Shown here: one piece after another, positions 42,080 to 52,980 of the stretch
Numbering within the stretch: position 1 is the first letter of the stretch
Layout of the letters: each line of letters starts with the position of its first letter
NCBI GenBank assembly: GCA_965205525.1
Contig: OZ242171.1
Span: 1,374,269-1,438,268, forward strand
Direction of reading: 5' to 3'
DNA: 64,000 nucleotides
From: Gammaproteobacteria bacterium
Lineage (GTDB): Bacteria > Pseudomonadota > Gammaproteobacteria > JABABF01
The notes under the pieces: model-generated
What the model was told of the DNA's origin: nothing
Databases searched by the model: none
What the model saw: the letters and a program-made list of their open reading frames with translations, nothing else
Made by a program: the position numbers and the translations under genes

Positions 42080-44872
42080 TCAATACTCCCAAGTGAGGTC
42101 TATGCCCCACAGCCGGGGCCTGGCGTAGGCATCGGACACGGTTCCCGCAATCCGAGTCTGGTCTTGGCTGGCAAGCAGATAGGGCTCATCGGTGATGTTC
42201 TTGCCCCACAGGGCAACCTGCAGCTGACCCAGTCTCACGGGGATTTCGCGCAGGGTGAGGCGGGTGTTGAGAATATCGCGACCATCCCCACGCAGGAAGT
42301 GGCGGGCCCCATAGAAATACTTGCCGCTGGAGTTCCAGTCAAAGTGTGCAACCAAGGTGCCGAAGGAAAAGGCCGGGAAGGTGTAGTCCACGCTGAAAGT
42401 GCCGGAGTGGCGGGGCGCATGCTCCAGCACGAAACGGTCCGGATCATTATCTGCATCAAAGCCGTCCTGGTCCACCTGACGAGGATAATCCCAGTCCAAG
42501 TAATTGTAATCCATGCTCAGCAGGAGGCCCACCACAGGCACCACCGACCACTCCATCTCCAGGCCGCTGATATCCACCGTGCCCTCGGCATTGAATACGA
42601 TGGGGTCTGCCACGCTGGCCCGCGGGTTTTCATCATTGATGAAGGTCTGCTTGTCCTCGTATTCGCTGCTGAATAATGCAATATTCGCCGAGACGCGATC
42701 GCTCCAGAAGCGGCCTTTCAGACCAATCTCCACGGTGTCAATTGTCTCATCGCCATAGGTCACCAAAGGCCGGGAGCGGCGGGACACGCCGCCAGCCTTG
42801 TAGCCGGTGGCATAGCGCCCATACAGGCTGACATCCTCTAGCCACTGGTAGGCGAAAGCCGCGGAATAATCCACATGCTCGTCATCCACACTGCGCTTGC
42901 CGGTAGTGAGAAAGTCAATACCCCTTTCTGCGTAGTATGCCCTTTCTGCATCCGGGTCAGAATTGGTCGGGTTATAGACAAAGCGGTTCACGTTCCGCTC
43001 GTCCTCCGTGTAGCGCAGACCCAAGGTGAGCTCAAACTTGTCGCTGAAGCTCCAGGAGCCCTGGCCGAATACGGCAATAGTCTCTGCATCCGCCTTCACC
43101 ATGGCAAGCACCGGGTCGCCTGTGGGATCCAGCAGCACGGGCTCACTGAGGGCAATCAAGGGCGTCCTTGCGCCATCCGGGCCCAGCCCAACACCGGGCG
43201 GCAAGCCTAGGATAATCTCTGCTAACGCAGTGGCAGAAATATCAGCGAAATTTATTGAAGTGAAGAAGTTGCCCTGCTTTTCTTCTACGTCCTCATCGTA
43301 ATAATAAACTCCGGCTATGTATTGGAAATGATCGTTAAAGGCATCGCCGAAGATCTGCAGCTCCTGGGAAAACTGCTCCTGGTCTAAGCGGTCGCCGTCA
43401 ATACCGCCGGTGGCAGCCAGGCCGAAAGCGCCCCCATAGTTGTTGCGAAGATGCTGGTCCAGCTCGCGGTAGGAGGTGATAGAGCGAAAATTCATATTCT
43501 CGGTAAGCTGCCAGTTAAAATGCAGGGTATGCCCCTCTATATCTACCCGGGTCGGCAGCAGGAAGGAAGGAAAGCGGGTTTCCCCCACAGCCCTGTCACG
43601 GGGGTCCTGCCGAAGATAGCGGGTGGCTACGGCATCATCAAAATAGAAAGATGCAAGGGAAGGACAGCCATTGTTGCAAGGGCCGCCAGGCGAGCCCCCC
43701 CCGTAAAAGGTAGTTCCGAGCACATAGAGTTCCAAGGCATTCCGCTCGCCCTGTGCCAGATTGAGGGGATTATTAGGCAATAAACCGAAATATGCCCCAC
43801 CGATAAAGGCAGCCTGGTCCGCCGGAGGCAAATTCGCTGCCGCCCCCATGATTGCTCCAAACCTTCCGAGGGCAGGCAGCGCTACACCTCCCACATAGCC
43901 GGCAAAGCCGGCAGCATCCGTAGGCACCACATTCTGGTCCGCGCCGAAAAGATCCTCGGCGATGGCTCTTAAGGAGGTGATGCTTCTGTTCCCCCGCCCT
44001 TCCAATATCTCCGCAAGGGTCAGCTCGTTCAGCTGATGAATCTGGAAATACGGCTGGCCATTTTCCAGGTCCGTGTAATCGTAGGCATAGTCCGCACTCA
44101 TGCGATCGCTTATTTCCCAGTGCAGCGCGAAGCGACCGCCCTCCTTGTCGGATTCGAAGTAGTCCGTGTCCCCCTGCCCTCCTGCTCTCGTGTTCTCCAC
44201 CCAGCCGTCATGCTCGGATTCGAAGTAGGAGATGCGGGCGGAAAGGCCGCTCACCGTCGGCAGGTCAATGCGGGTGAGGCTGCGCCAGTGATCATAATCC
44301 TCGGCAGCAGTTAGAGTCTGCTTGAAGGAGAATTTGCCGGTCGGCTTCTGGGTAACCATGTTGATGGCGCCGGCGATGGAGTTGCGTCCGTACAGAGTGC
44401 CCTGGGGGCCCCGCAATACCTCTATTCTCTCCAGGTCCAGTATGTCCGCACTCAGGCCCTGAGCACGTCCCAGGTACACGCCGTCTATATAGATGCCCAC
44501 CGGCAGCTCCGTGGTAATGGAGCCCGGGTCCCCCGCGCTGATGCCCCGAATGGTGGCGTACAGGGTCGCGGCACTATTGGGATAGGTATGGATTTTCAGG
44601 GCCGGCAAACCGCCGTCTGCCAAATCCCCCAGATTGCTGATCCCCCGGGCCTCCAAGGCCCCGGCCCCCAGGACGCTAATTGCCAAGGGCGCCTCCTGCA
44701 AAGTCTCCTCCCGTTTCTGGGCGGTGACGATGACTTCTTCCAATACGGTAATACGTCCCTCTCTTGGCTCTTGTGCCTCTGCTATCCCCCCAGAGGCAAG
44801 GCATAAGGCAGCAGCTAAAGAAGGAAAATACAGCTTGGCAGAGCTAGGCTGATGGATCTGGTGTGCTTTCAT
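42080..44872 (-). CDS. TonB-dependent receptor 1
   Basis: Signal peptide, LEEVIVTAQKR TonB box, IEVLRGPQGTLYGRN, C-terminal strand ending WEY. Confidence 0.95.
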   Translation of the reverse strand: MKAHQIHQPSSAKLYFPSLAAALCLASGGIAEAQEPREGRITVLEEVIVTAQKREETLQEAPLAISVLGAGALEARGISNLGDLADGGLPALKIHTYPNSAATLYATIRGISAGDPGSITTELPVGIYIDGVYLGRAQGLSADILDLERIEVLRGPQGTLYGRNSIAGAINMVTQKPTGKFSFKQTLTAAEDYDHWRSLTRIDLPTVSGLSARISYFESEHDGWVENTRAGGQGDTDYFESDKEGGRFALHWEISDRMSADYAYDYTDLENGQPYFQIHQLNELTLAEILEGRGNRSITSLRAIAEDLFGADQNVVPTDAAGFAGYVGGVALPALGRFGAIMGAAANLPPADQAAFIGGAYFGLLPNNPLNLAQGERNALELYVLGTTFYGGGSPGGPCNNGCPSLASFYFDDAVATRYLRQDPRDRAVGETRFPSFLLPTRVDIEGHTLHFNWQLTENMNFRSITSYRELDQHLRNNYGGAFGLAATGGIDGDRLDQEQFSQELQIFGDAFNDHFQYIAGVYYYDEDVEEKQGNFFTSINFADISATALAEIILGLPPGVGLGPDGARTPLIALSEPVLLDPTGDPVLAMVKADAETIAVFGQGSWSFSDKFELTLGLRYTEDERNVNRFVYNPTNSDPDAERAYYAERGIDFLTTGKRSVDDEHVDYSAAFAYQWLEDVSLYGRYATGYKAGGVSRRSRPLVTYGDETIDTVEIGLKGRFWSDRVSANIALFSSEYEDKQTFINDENPRASVADPIVFNAEGTVDISGLEMEWSVVPVVGLLLSMDYNYLDWDYPRQVDQDGFDADNDPDRFVLEHAPRHSGTFSVDYTFPAFSFGTLVAHFDWNSSGKYFYGARHFLRGDGRDILNTRLTLREIPVRLGQLQVALWGKNITDEPYLLASQDQTRIAGTVSDAYARPRLWGIDLTWEY

Positions 44873-45021
44873 CGCAGGCTTCCCCCGGTTTATACCGGCT
44901 TGCAATCCCTGCACCCGCCTCAAACACCTTGCCTGCCACCCCAAGACAGCAGAGCAAGCTGCCCTTAGGCAGATGCTCGGACATCCCCCTCGCACCAAGT
45001 GGCGGAGGGGGCTCTTAGGCA

Positions 45022-45050
45022 AAGCTATCCTATCCCAATCCCGATGTCAA
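45022..45050 (-). promoter_or_regulatory. Putative sigma-70 promoter of TonB-dependent receptor 1
   Basis: Minus strand TTGACA-N17-TAGCTT. Confidence 0.5.
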
Positions 45051-45134
45051 GCCCCCCGGATCGGGCAATTAGGTCGGCTCTCCCTGCCCCTCTATGCCAG
45101 GCCGCTCCCTGGATTGACAGACAAAGGGACAAAG

Positions 45135-45165
45135 AAAAACTCCCGCCCAGAGGACTGGACGGGAG
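45135..45165 (-). terminator. Intrinsic terminator after TonB-dependent receptor 2
   Basis: Minus strand CTCCCGTCCAG-TCCT-CTGGGCGGGAG-TTTTT. Confidence 0.8.
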
Positions 45166-45202
45166 CTCTTCCCCTGCTCTGGCGGGATACCCGCCGGGAG
45201 GA

Positions 45203-48106
45203 TCAACGGTAGCTGTAGACGAATTCTATGCCGGCGGAGCGGGGCTCTCCGTAGACATCAGTAATGAGAGCGCCGAGGCTGGTGGTCTGGTCAATCCGAT
45301 AGATGATGTACTCATCGTCGGCTATGTTCCGGCCCCACAGGGAGACCCGGACTTCTCCACGCGTGCCGGAGAAGAGGGGGATCTCGCTGAGAGTCAGGCG
45401 GCCATTCAGCACGCTGCGTTCGGAATCATCCGCTACCGGTAAACGCGGCGAATAGCTGAAATCATCGCTATAGATGTAGTCCAGCCTAGCCGTCAGGCTG
45501 CCGAAGGAGAAGGGCGGAAGGGTGTAGCTGGCACTCAGGGAGTAGCTGTGCTCGGGTGCTTGGGAAATATAGAATTCCATCGGCAACAGTGCATTGACGG
45601 GATTGCCGTCACCGTCTGTAACCACATCGCCAGCACCGTCCAACTGGGGAATCGGATGGGCAAACTGTATGGGACGATCTGCCGCACATACGCCATTGGT
45701 AGGCAGAACACGGTCGGCAGGGTCTGCCAAGCCGGTTACAGGAGCGCACCAACTCTCATATTGCACGGTCTGCTGGGTTGGATAATCCCAGTCCAGATAG
45801 TTGTAGCTGAAATCCAGCACCAGGCCCGCGATGGGAACCAGAGTGATCTCCAGCTCCACACCGTTAATGTCTATGGTGCCGGCGGCGTTCTCTGTGATGG
45901 TATCTGTCACAAAATCGGCGTTGGGGTCCTGATAAGTGGTCTGCTTGTCGTCATACTCGGAGGTGAATATCGCCAGGTTGAAGCGGCCCCGATGCTCCCA
46001 GAAATCGGTCTTAAGGCCTATTTCGGCACTCTCCAGTGTTTCATCTTCATAGATTCCAAAGGCGATGGAGCGGCGATCAATGCCTCCACTTTTGTAGCCG
46101 GTGGCCCAGCGGGCGTAAACAGTGGCATCCTCCAGCAGCATCATGTTCCCGAGGTCGTAGTCCAAGGTAATGCTGTAATCCACATTATCGCTGTCTATAC
46201 TTCTAAAAAGATTCTGGTCTGTGTCGGAGAGGCGGGTGCGAAGCCCAGTGCGCTCATCGTCTGTGTAGCGTATGCCCAAGGTGAGATTCAGGCGTTCCTG
46301 AAGAGAATAGGTGAGCTGACCGAAAACCGCATAGGACTCGGCATCCACATTCACGATGGTCCCCACATCTCGGGAAGGCAGTCTAGCTCCCCCGTCCGGA
46401 TTTGCCCTTGTGGGGCTCAGAAAACGGGGTGTTGAGAGGGAAACCGGCAGATCATCCGGCCCCAGCACCGCGATGCCGGTGAGACCGGCGCCCGGTATAA
46501 CGGTGGGCAACAGGAGAAAGCCCAGCTGACCTCCGATGCCTCCAGCCTCGGCACCTGCCAGTTGAAACGCGGTTGCCGGGTTGCTGTAGCCGAGCCCCGC
46601 CAGCGCTGTCAATGCCCCCGGGACATCCCCCGTCCCCGCAAGGCCCAAGGCCCCGCCAAGTGCCGTTACCCGCTGGACGAGCCCCCCTAAAAGACCCTGA
46701 TTGTAGACAAAACTCTCATAGGCAGCACGATTATTGCCCTGCATCTCAATGATATTCTCTTTGAAATAGTACAGGCCGGCGACATATTTCAGGCGACCGT
46801 CCAAGGCCTCGCCGAGAAACTGCAGCTCGTGGGTGGTCTGATCCTGATCAATAGGGCCGCCGGTAGGAGCATTGGTGAGGCCCGCCGCACCTGTAAGGGG
46901 CCCGCCATACGCATTGATTGTGACTTGGCTCACTTCCCGGTAAGCGCCGATGTACTTGATGCTGAAGTACTCGTTGATCTCCGACTCAAAGCTGAAGGTA
47001 TGTCCCTTGGTCTCCACCGTGGTGGGGCGCACATAGCGGCCCACCGGGGTCGCGGTCAGGCGGTCATCGGTGGGCACCAGCCAGCGCTCTACCCAGGGGG
47101 AGTCAGCACCGCCATTGCCCTCTGTCTGGATGGCCTGCACGATGTCCGAAAGATCTGCACCGCCGGGAGTGGGAGACGCTGATCCGATATTCCCGGTGGC
47201 AATATTCAATGCTTGAAGCCCCGCCGGGGTCACGCCGAAGCCATTAGAGCCACCCGCTGCTGAAGACTGGAAGAAGGATTGGGTGGCCGCCGTATCGCTG
47301 TCGTCATAGGAGTAGTCAAAGACGGTGTTCCCGATCGTCCAGCGCAGTGCCAGCCGCACGCCTTCCCTGTCCTGGTAGCCGTAGTTGAAGTTGTTAGGTT
47401 CCTCTCGGGTGTTATTCACCCAGCCGTCATCCTGGGCATTTAGAAAAGACAGGCGCGCACTCACGGGCCCGATGGCGGGCACATCCAGATGGGTTACGGA
47501 GCGCCGCTCTCCCCATTTGTCCCCCCATGAGAGGGTCTGCTGAAAGCCGAATTCGCCGGAGGGCTTGCGGGCGACAAAATTCACCGCGCCGCCCACAGAG
47601 TTTCTCCCGTACAGGCTGCCCTGGGGGCCCCGCAGGATCTCCACCCGCTCCAAGTCCAGCAAATCCGTCGCCAAACCCTGGCTGCGACCCAGATATACGC
47701 CATCTAAATAGATGCCCACTGGAATCTCGGTGGTGACGGCACCGGCATCCGCCGCGCCAGTACCCCGCATTCCGATAATCAGGGTGGTGGGAGCATTCGG
47801 ATAGGGCTGGGCCTTGAGGGTGGGCACCGCACCGGCGCCTAAATCCGCCAGGTTATTAAGACCCTTGGCTTCCAAGATGTCCGAACTGAGAGAGGTAACC
47901 GCCAAAGGCGTATCCTGCAGTGATTCCTCCCGCTTGCGGGCGGTCACAACCACCTCTTCCAGAGCGGTGATCCGCTCATCTTGGGCCGAGACTCCGCTTA
48001 CCCCCCCAAAGACGGGTACAGCGAGGATTGCGGCGAAAATGCCGGGCAGGTTTTTGCCGGGCAGCTTTTTGCGCTCTTTGGCGCTGGGTTTGATGTTGAA
48101 GTTCAT
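45203..48106 (-). CDS. TonB-dependent receptor 2
   Basis: LEEVVVTARKR, VEILRGPQGSLYGRN, barrel strands, C-terminal GEPRSAGIEFVYSYR. Confidence 0.95.
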   Translation of the reverse strand: MNFNIKPSAKERKKLPGKNLPGIFAAILAVPVFGGVSGVSAQDERITALEEVVVTARKREESLQDTPLAVTSLSSDILEAKGLNNLADLGAGAVPTLKAQPYPNAPTTLIIGMRGTGAADAGAVTTEIPVGIYLDGVYLGRSQGLATDLLDLERVEILRGPQGSLYGRNSVGGAVNFVARKPSGEFGFQQTLSWGDKWGERRSVTHLDVPAIGPVSARLSFLNAQDDGWVNNTREEPNNFNYGYQDREGVRLALRWTIGNTVFDYSYDDSDTAATQSFFQSSAAGGSNGFGVTPAGLQALNIATGNIGSASPTPGGADLSDIVQAIQTEGNGGADSPWVERWLVPTDDRLTATPVGRYVRPTTVETKGHTFSFESEINEYFSIKYIGAYREVSQVTINAYGGPLTGAAGLTNAPTGGPIDQDQTTHELQFLGEALDGRLKYVAGLYYFKENIIEMQGNNRAAYESFVYNQGLLGGLVQRVTALGGALGLAGTGDVPGALTALAGLGYSNPATAFQLAGAEAGGIGGQLGFLLLPTVIPGAGLTGIAVLGPDDLPVSLSTPRFLSPTRANPDGGARLPSRDVGTIVNVDAESYAVFGQLTYSLQERLNLTLGIRYTDDERTGLRTRLSDTDQNLFRSIDSDNVDYSITLDYDLGNMMLLEDATVYARWATGYKSGGIDRRSIAFGIYEDETLESAEIGLKTDFWEHRGRFNLAIFTSEYDDKQTTYQDPNADFVTDTITENAAGTIDINGVELEITLVPIAGLVLDFSYNYLDWDYPTQQTVQYESWCAPVTGLADPADRVLPTNGVCAADRPIQFAHPIPQLDGAGDVVTDGDGNPVNALLPMEFYISQAPEHSYSLSASYTLPPFSFGSLTARLDYIYSDDFSYSPRLPVADDSERSVLNGRLTLSEIPLFSGTRGEVRVSLWGRNIADDEYIIYRIDQTTSLGALITDVYGEPRSAGIEFVYSYR

Positions 48107-48185
48107 CGGTTTTCCTCCCCTTTGGGAAAATACGAAGATTCGAAAATTCAGTTTGCCAAAGGGATTTTAACCCCAGCGGGCAGTC

Positions 48186-50756
48186 TTAAAACTCATATAC
48201 GACATCAAGGCCAGCACTGCGGAGCTCGCCGTAGATGGCCACGTCAAAGGTGCCGAAAGGAATCACAAACTCGCGGTATTCCTCGTTCCCCAAGTTGCGG
48301 CCCCAGAAGGCAATGCGCAGATTGCCCGGCGTATCTCCCAAAGGAATTTCGCTGAGGGTGAGGCGGGCATCCCACAGGGAGCGCTGAGTGTCTTCATTGG
48401 CCGGGGCATCCAGAGGAACCCCCGCGCTGATCGTAAAGCTACCCGAGTAGCTGAAGCCGACCCAGATGCTCAGCTGGCCCCAGTCTAGGGCGGGGAATTG
48501 GTATTCCCCCCAGCCGCTGGCGGTATTGTCCGGGGCGTAGGCCACCGTTGGATTCGCAGTACTGGCGGGAAACTCGTCAAACTCTGCATCCAAATAGCCA
48601 TAGTTCAAACCGAAGGTCAGCCCCGTTGCCGGCACCGCCAAGATCTCAATCTCCACCCCTTGATTGGTCTGCTCCCCTGCGTTTAAGATTATGCTGGTAG
48701 CTCCGGCCAAGCTGGGGGAGAAAATAGAGGTCTGGGTATCCTCGTAGTCCGCACGGAACAGGGTGGTGTTAAGCCGCAGGCGGTCGTCAAACCACTGGGT
48801 TTTGGCACCCACCTCGTAGCTCAGAATATCCTCTTCATCAAAGGGGGTGACAAAGGTCTCCCGATTAGGCGCTCGGGTGTTGTAGCCGCCCGCGCGATAG
48901 CTGGTGGCCACCCTGCCGTACACATTGATATCCTCGTTCCACTGATAGTCCAAAGCCACATCCCAGGTAACCTTGGTCCAGTCGTCATCCGCCGGAACTA
49001 CCGGAAGGACCGGTTTGCCATCGGCATCAAAGACCAGATCGTTATTTTCATCCCGCTCCTGGATCTGGCTGTACTGCAGATAGGCGGCTCTCTCATCTTC
49101 CGTGTAGCGCACGCCCACGGTCAGGTTGAGCAGATCGCTAAGGGCATATTCTCCGTGCAGGTAAATCGCGTAGGCATCGTTGTCAGAGCCATAGTTAAAC
49201 ACCGGAGAACCGCCGATAACAGTGGTCTGGAAACAGGCGTTGGCAAGGGTACTATCCGCTCCTGTCCGAGTAACTCTCCTAGGATCATCACCCGGAGGAT
49301 TCGGGTCGCCGCACAGAGTGCCGCTGCCGAACCCTTGATAGGTGCCATCCCCGCCGCCATCCTCGTGAGTAGTAACACCCGCAAGGAACGGGAGAGCAGT
49401 GCCTGGGGTCAGGGTAAACTGCTGATTGGTCTCATCGGCCCGCTCATGGAAATAATAAAGGCCCGCCACATATTTCAGGCGATCGTCAAATAGGTTGCCG
49501 GACAATTGAAATTCCTGGCTGAATTGCTCCTGCTCGCTGCTGCGGCTAGCCCGGAAAAAGGAAACATACTGACCTGGTAACACACGAGTGACCCCGGTCA
49601 GTGGCTGTCCGCTGGCATCTAAGGGGCTGGTCTGGAGCACAGTGCCATCCCAAGCCGGCTGTGCGTTGTACAGGGGGGTGAGGCCGTCATGCTCAAAAGA
49701 GCCAAACTCGGTGCCCAAGTCACGAATGTCGCTCTCCCACTCCCGATAAGCACTGATGGATTTGAAGGTAATCCCCCAGGGAGAATCCCAAGTCAGGGTG
49801 AGGGCGTGGCCCTCCACATCAGAGGTTTCTGGCTGAGAGAAGGGAACACTGTTAGTCCCCAGCCGATCACGGCTGACAAAGCCGCTCGCCTCGGCCTCCC
49901 GATGTATGGCAAAAGTAGCAATGGGAAATCCGAAGAAATTATCCAGACGAGTGATCTGCTGCAGCTGGGAGTTGCCGACCTTCTCGGAGCGGTCAAAGAA
50001 ATAGTCTACGCTCAGGCTATCCAAGGTCCAGCGCAAGCCAAACTTCCATGCCTCTGAGTCCTGATCTCCAATTTCTCTATCGGTGACAGCATCCTTGAGA
50101 ATGCCGTCAAGCTCCCAGCGGGCATAGTTCAGCCGCCCCGCCAATTCCCCTCCGAAAAGGGACACGGAATCGGAATTGATCGTGGTCTGGTTGCGGGTAA
50201 AGCCCCTTTCGCCGCCGGAGAAGGAATGGCGAAAACCGAATTCACCGGTGGGCTTATTAGAGATGACATTGATGGCGCCCCCCACAGCATTCCTGCCGTA
50301 CAGAGTGCCCTGGGGCCCCCGGAGCACCTCTACCCGCTCGGTATCGGCGATATCAAAGGCAGCACCGGTCAGACGACCGACATAGACACCATCCAAATAC
50401 AGGCCGACGACGGAATCCACCGCCAGCTGGGTCTCTCCAGCGGCCACCCCGCGAGCGCCGAAGGCATAGTTGGAATGGCTGGCAGGCTGCTTGCGCAGGG
50501 TCATGTTGGGGGCCAGATCGGCGACATCGCCGAATTCAATGGCACCGAAGCGCTCCATGTCTTCTGCAGTGAAGGCGGATACCGCCAAGGGAGCATCCTG
50601 CAGAGATTCCTCCCTCTTCTGGGCGGTTACGATAACCTCCTCCAAAGCGGCACTGCGGCTGTCTTCCTGGGCATGCAGCCCGGGAGGAGCCGCTGTCACA
50701 GCGGCTAGGCAGAAGACGGCAAAAAACCCGAATTTGCTTTTAATGTTAGCTCTCAT
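48186..50756 (-). CDS. TonB-dependent receptor 3
   Basis: Signal peptide, LEEVIVTAQKR, VEVLRGPQGTLYGRN, terminal Phe. Confidence 0.96.
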   Translation of the reverse strand: MRANIKSKFGFFAVFCLAAVTAAPPGLHAQEDSRSAALEEVIVTAQKREESLQDAPLAVSAFTAEDMERFGAIEFGDVADLAPNMTLRKQPASHSNYAFGARGVAAGETQLAVDSVVGLYLDGVYVGRLTGAAFDIADTERVEVLRGPQGTLYGRNAVGGAINVISNKPTGEFGFRHSFSGGERGFTRNQTTINSDSVSLFGGELAGRLNYARWELDGILKDAVTDREIGDQDSEAWKFGLRWTLDSLSVDYFFDRSEKVGNSQLQQITRLDNFFGFPIATFAIHREAEASGFVSRDRLGTNSVPFSQPETSDVEGHALTLTWDSPWGITFKSISAYREWESDIRDLGTEFGSFEHDGLTPLYNAQPAWDGTVLQTSPLDASGQPLTGVTRVLPGQYVSFFRASRSSEQEQFSQEFQLSGNLFDDRLKYVAGLYYFHERADETNQQFTLTPGTALPFLAGVTTHEDGGGDGTYQGFGSGTLCGDPNPPGDDPRRVTRTGADSTLANACFQTTVIGGSPVFNYGSDNDAYAIYLHGEYALSDLLNLTVGVRYTEDERAAYLQYSQIQERDENNDLVFDADGKPVLPVVPADDDWTKVTWDVALDYQWNEDINVYGRVATSYRAGGYNTRAPNRETFVTPFDEEDILSYEVGAKTQWFDDRLRLNTTLFRADYEDTQTSIFSPSLAGATSIILNAGEQTNQGVEIEILAVPATGLTFGLNYGYLDAEFDEFPASTANPTVAYAPDNTASGWGEYQFPALDWGQLSIWVGFSYSGSFTISAGVPLDAPANEDTQRSLWDARLTLSEIPLGDTPGNLRIAFWGRNLGNEEYREFVIPFGTFDVAIYGELRSAGLDVVYEF

Positions 50757-50990
50757 TTGTTTCCCCTTGTATCTGCACCCCGTGAAAGCAGCACTATGGC
50801 TGAGCGCACGGATTATTCAGAAATAGCGCCACTCCCTGCCAAAGAGACAGTGATGTGGCACCAATGGCAAGAGTATACACCTAAAGCCAAGAAAGATGTC
50901 AATAGCCGCAGTGGCTATATCTTCGCCTTCTCAGCAGATACCTACTCGTCCCCCCTGCCCCCTTATTAAAGGAAGCAGGTATTGGCCGGC

Positions 50991-51019
50991 ATTCTGGCAC
51001 AGCTCTGGGGACATGTCAA
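50991..51019 (-). promoter_or_regulatory. Putative sigma-70 promoter of the receptor cluster
   Basis: Minus strand TTGACA-N17-CAGAAT with extended TG; a second GGCTATTGACAT box with TATACT (N19) lies at 50872-50902. Confidence 0.45.
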
Positions 51020-51434
51020 TAGCCCCGCCGCTGGGAGAGCCCCAGCCCCCACAGGACATCTGTGGAGCAAGTGGCCAGACACAGATAACGGGCAGCAAAA
51101 AGAGCCGGCAAATCTATTCGGCGTGGTATCATCCCATCGGCATGGAAGCTCCAGCTTTGGGGAAGTCCTCGGCCCGCCCAGCCAAGGAGCCCCGCCCTCG
51201 CCCGGCCAAAATATTTTCGCCATCGGCAGAGCAAAGAGCAAATGCCCGCCTTTAACCTTTAACTACAACCGCAGGCCGTGCCCAGCATGCTCTCATCCCT
51301 CGGCAGCCCATGTCTGCCGGATCTCAGCCCTCACCCCGCTGTCGGCTGCAGGCGTCCGGGGAGGGCAGAGACCTTCCGTTCTCAGTGCACTACTCGGCGA
51401 GATGCGGGGGAGTTCTGCACCCAAGCCGTCCCAA

Positions 51435-52547
51435 ATGCCTTCTGATAAGAATCTGTTTATCGGCCTGATGTCAGGCACCAGCTTAGACGGCATAGATGCC
51501 GTGCTGGCTGCCTTTGACAAGGACTTGCCGGAAGTGCTGGGGGCTCTCTACCGCCCCTTGGATGCGGGGCTGCAGGGAGAGCTTCTGTCCCTGTGCAGTT
51601 CGGGAAATGACGAGATTGAGCGCCTGGGACGGGCGGAGCAGCGGCTGACCGAGGCCATGGCGCTGGCTGTGCAGAGGCTGCTGTCTGAGACGGGCCGGGA
51701 AGGGGCGGCGGTCCGGGCGATCGGCTGCCACGGCCAGACGGTGCGCCATCGCCCGGAGGCAACGCCGCCTTTTACGGTGCAGCTGTGCAACCCCAGCCTG
51801 CTGGCGGAGCGCACCGGCATCACGACAATCGCCGATTTCCGGCGGCGGGACTTGGCGGCGGGGGGACAGGGAGCGCCGCTGGCACCCGCCTTTCACCGGG
51901 CCGCCTTCGCTGTCCCCGGGCAGACCCGGCTGGTGCTCAATATCGGCGGCATCGCCAATCTCACCGTAATCGGCAGCAGCGGAAGTGCCGCCGGCTTTGA
52001 TACCGGCCCCGGCAACCTGCTCTTAGATGCCTGGTGCCTAAAGCACTGGGACACACCCTTTGACCGGGACGGAGAGCGGGCAGGAGCGGGACAGGTGCTG
52101 CCGGCACTCCTGGAAAGACTGATGGCGCACCCCTTCCTGGCCCTGCCGCCCCCCAAGAGCACCGGGCGGGAGGACTTCACCCTGCCCTGGCTGCAGAGCT
52201 GCCTGGGAGAGAAAGAGCGAGCCGCCCCCGAGGATGTGCAGGCCAGCGCAGCGGAGTTCACGGCCCGCAGCATCGCCGAGGCAGCCCTCGCCCATGGCAA
52301 TGGAGCGGAAGAAGTCTTTGTCTGCGGCGGCGGCGCCTGCAACCCCGACCTGATGGCCCGCCTCAGGAGGCTCTTGCCAGACTGCAGGATCGCAAGCACA
52401 GATGTCCTCGGCATCCCCCCCCGGCAGGTGGAGGCAGCGGCCTTTGCCTGGCTCGCCTGGCAGACATTGGAAGGCCGAGCAGGAAATCTTCCCGCCGTGA
52501 CCGGTGCCGCCGGAGAGCGGCTTTTGGGAGGAATCTATCCGGCCTGA
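51435..52547 (+). CDS. anmK: Anhydro-N-acetylmuramic acid kinase
   Basis: GLMSGTSLDG, HGQT, DFR..D.A.GGQGAPL, NIGGIAN, FDTGPGN, PKSTGRE. Confidence 0.97.
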   Translation: MPSDKNLFIGLMSGTSLDGIDAVLAAFDKDLPEVLGALYRPLDAGLQGELLSLCSSGNDEIERLGRAEQRLTEAMALAVQRLLSETGREGAAVRAIGCHGQTVRHRPEATPPFTVQLCNPSLLAERTGITTIADFRRRDLAAGGQGAPLAPAFHRAAFAVPGQTRLVLNIGGIANLTVIGSSGSAAGFDTGPGNLLLDAWCLKHWDTPFDRDGERAGAGQVLPALLERLMAHPFLALPPPKSTGREDFTLPWLQSCLGEKERAAPEDVQASAAEFTARSIAEAALAHGNGAEEVFVCGGGACNPDLMARLRRLLPDCRIASTDVLGIPPRQVEAAAFAWLAWQTLEGRAGNLPAVTGAAGERLLGGIYPA

Positions 52548-52564
52548 GAAAGCAAGGCCGAGTG

Positions 52565-52924
52565 TCAGTCCATAGAGAAGGAAGAGCCGCAGCCGCAGGT
52601 ATTGGTGGCATTGGGGTTGTTGACTACAAAACGGGAGCCCTGCAAGCCCTCCTCGTAATCCACTTCAGCGCCCGCCAAATAGGGATAGCTCATCGCATCC
52701 ACCAGGAGGGCAACATCACCGCATTTCACCATCGTGTCGTCCTCCGACACCACCTCGTCAAAGGTAAAGCCGTACTGAAACCCGGAGCAGCCGCCGCCGG
52801 TAATAAATACCCTCAGCTTCAGCTCCCGGTTGCCCTCTTCTTCCAGCAGATAATTGGCGCGCGCCGCAGCCCTCTCTGTGAAAGCCACGGAGGATGCGCT
52901 GATTTGCGGGGAAGTGTCTGTCAT
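52565..52924 (-). CDS. erpA: Fe-S cluster insertion protein ErpA
   Basis: [29 protein letters not shown]; convergent with anmK. Confidence 0.96.
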   Translation of the reverse strand: MTDTSPQISASSVAFTERAAARANYLLEEEGNRELKLRVFITGGGCSGFQYGFTFDEVVSEDDTMVKCGDVALLVDAMSYPYLAGAEVDYEEGLQGSRFVVNNPNATNTCGCGSSFSMD

Positions 52925-52980
52925 TTTCCGTTTTGCCTGGCAACGACTATGCCCGGAGAAAGCCAAGTTATGGCCGCACC
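52854..52980. repeat. 127-bp direct repeat, copy A (erpA 5' end and leader)
   Basis: Matches 56491-56617 with 8 mismatches and no indels. Confidence 0.95.

Noticed and set aside
50757-51434. Cobalamin riboswitch, or an N-terminal extension of anmK
   Set aside because: No B12-box or conserved riboswitch core was recognised. The upstream in-frame sequence does not look like AnmK, whose homology starts at 51435.
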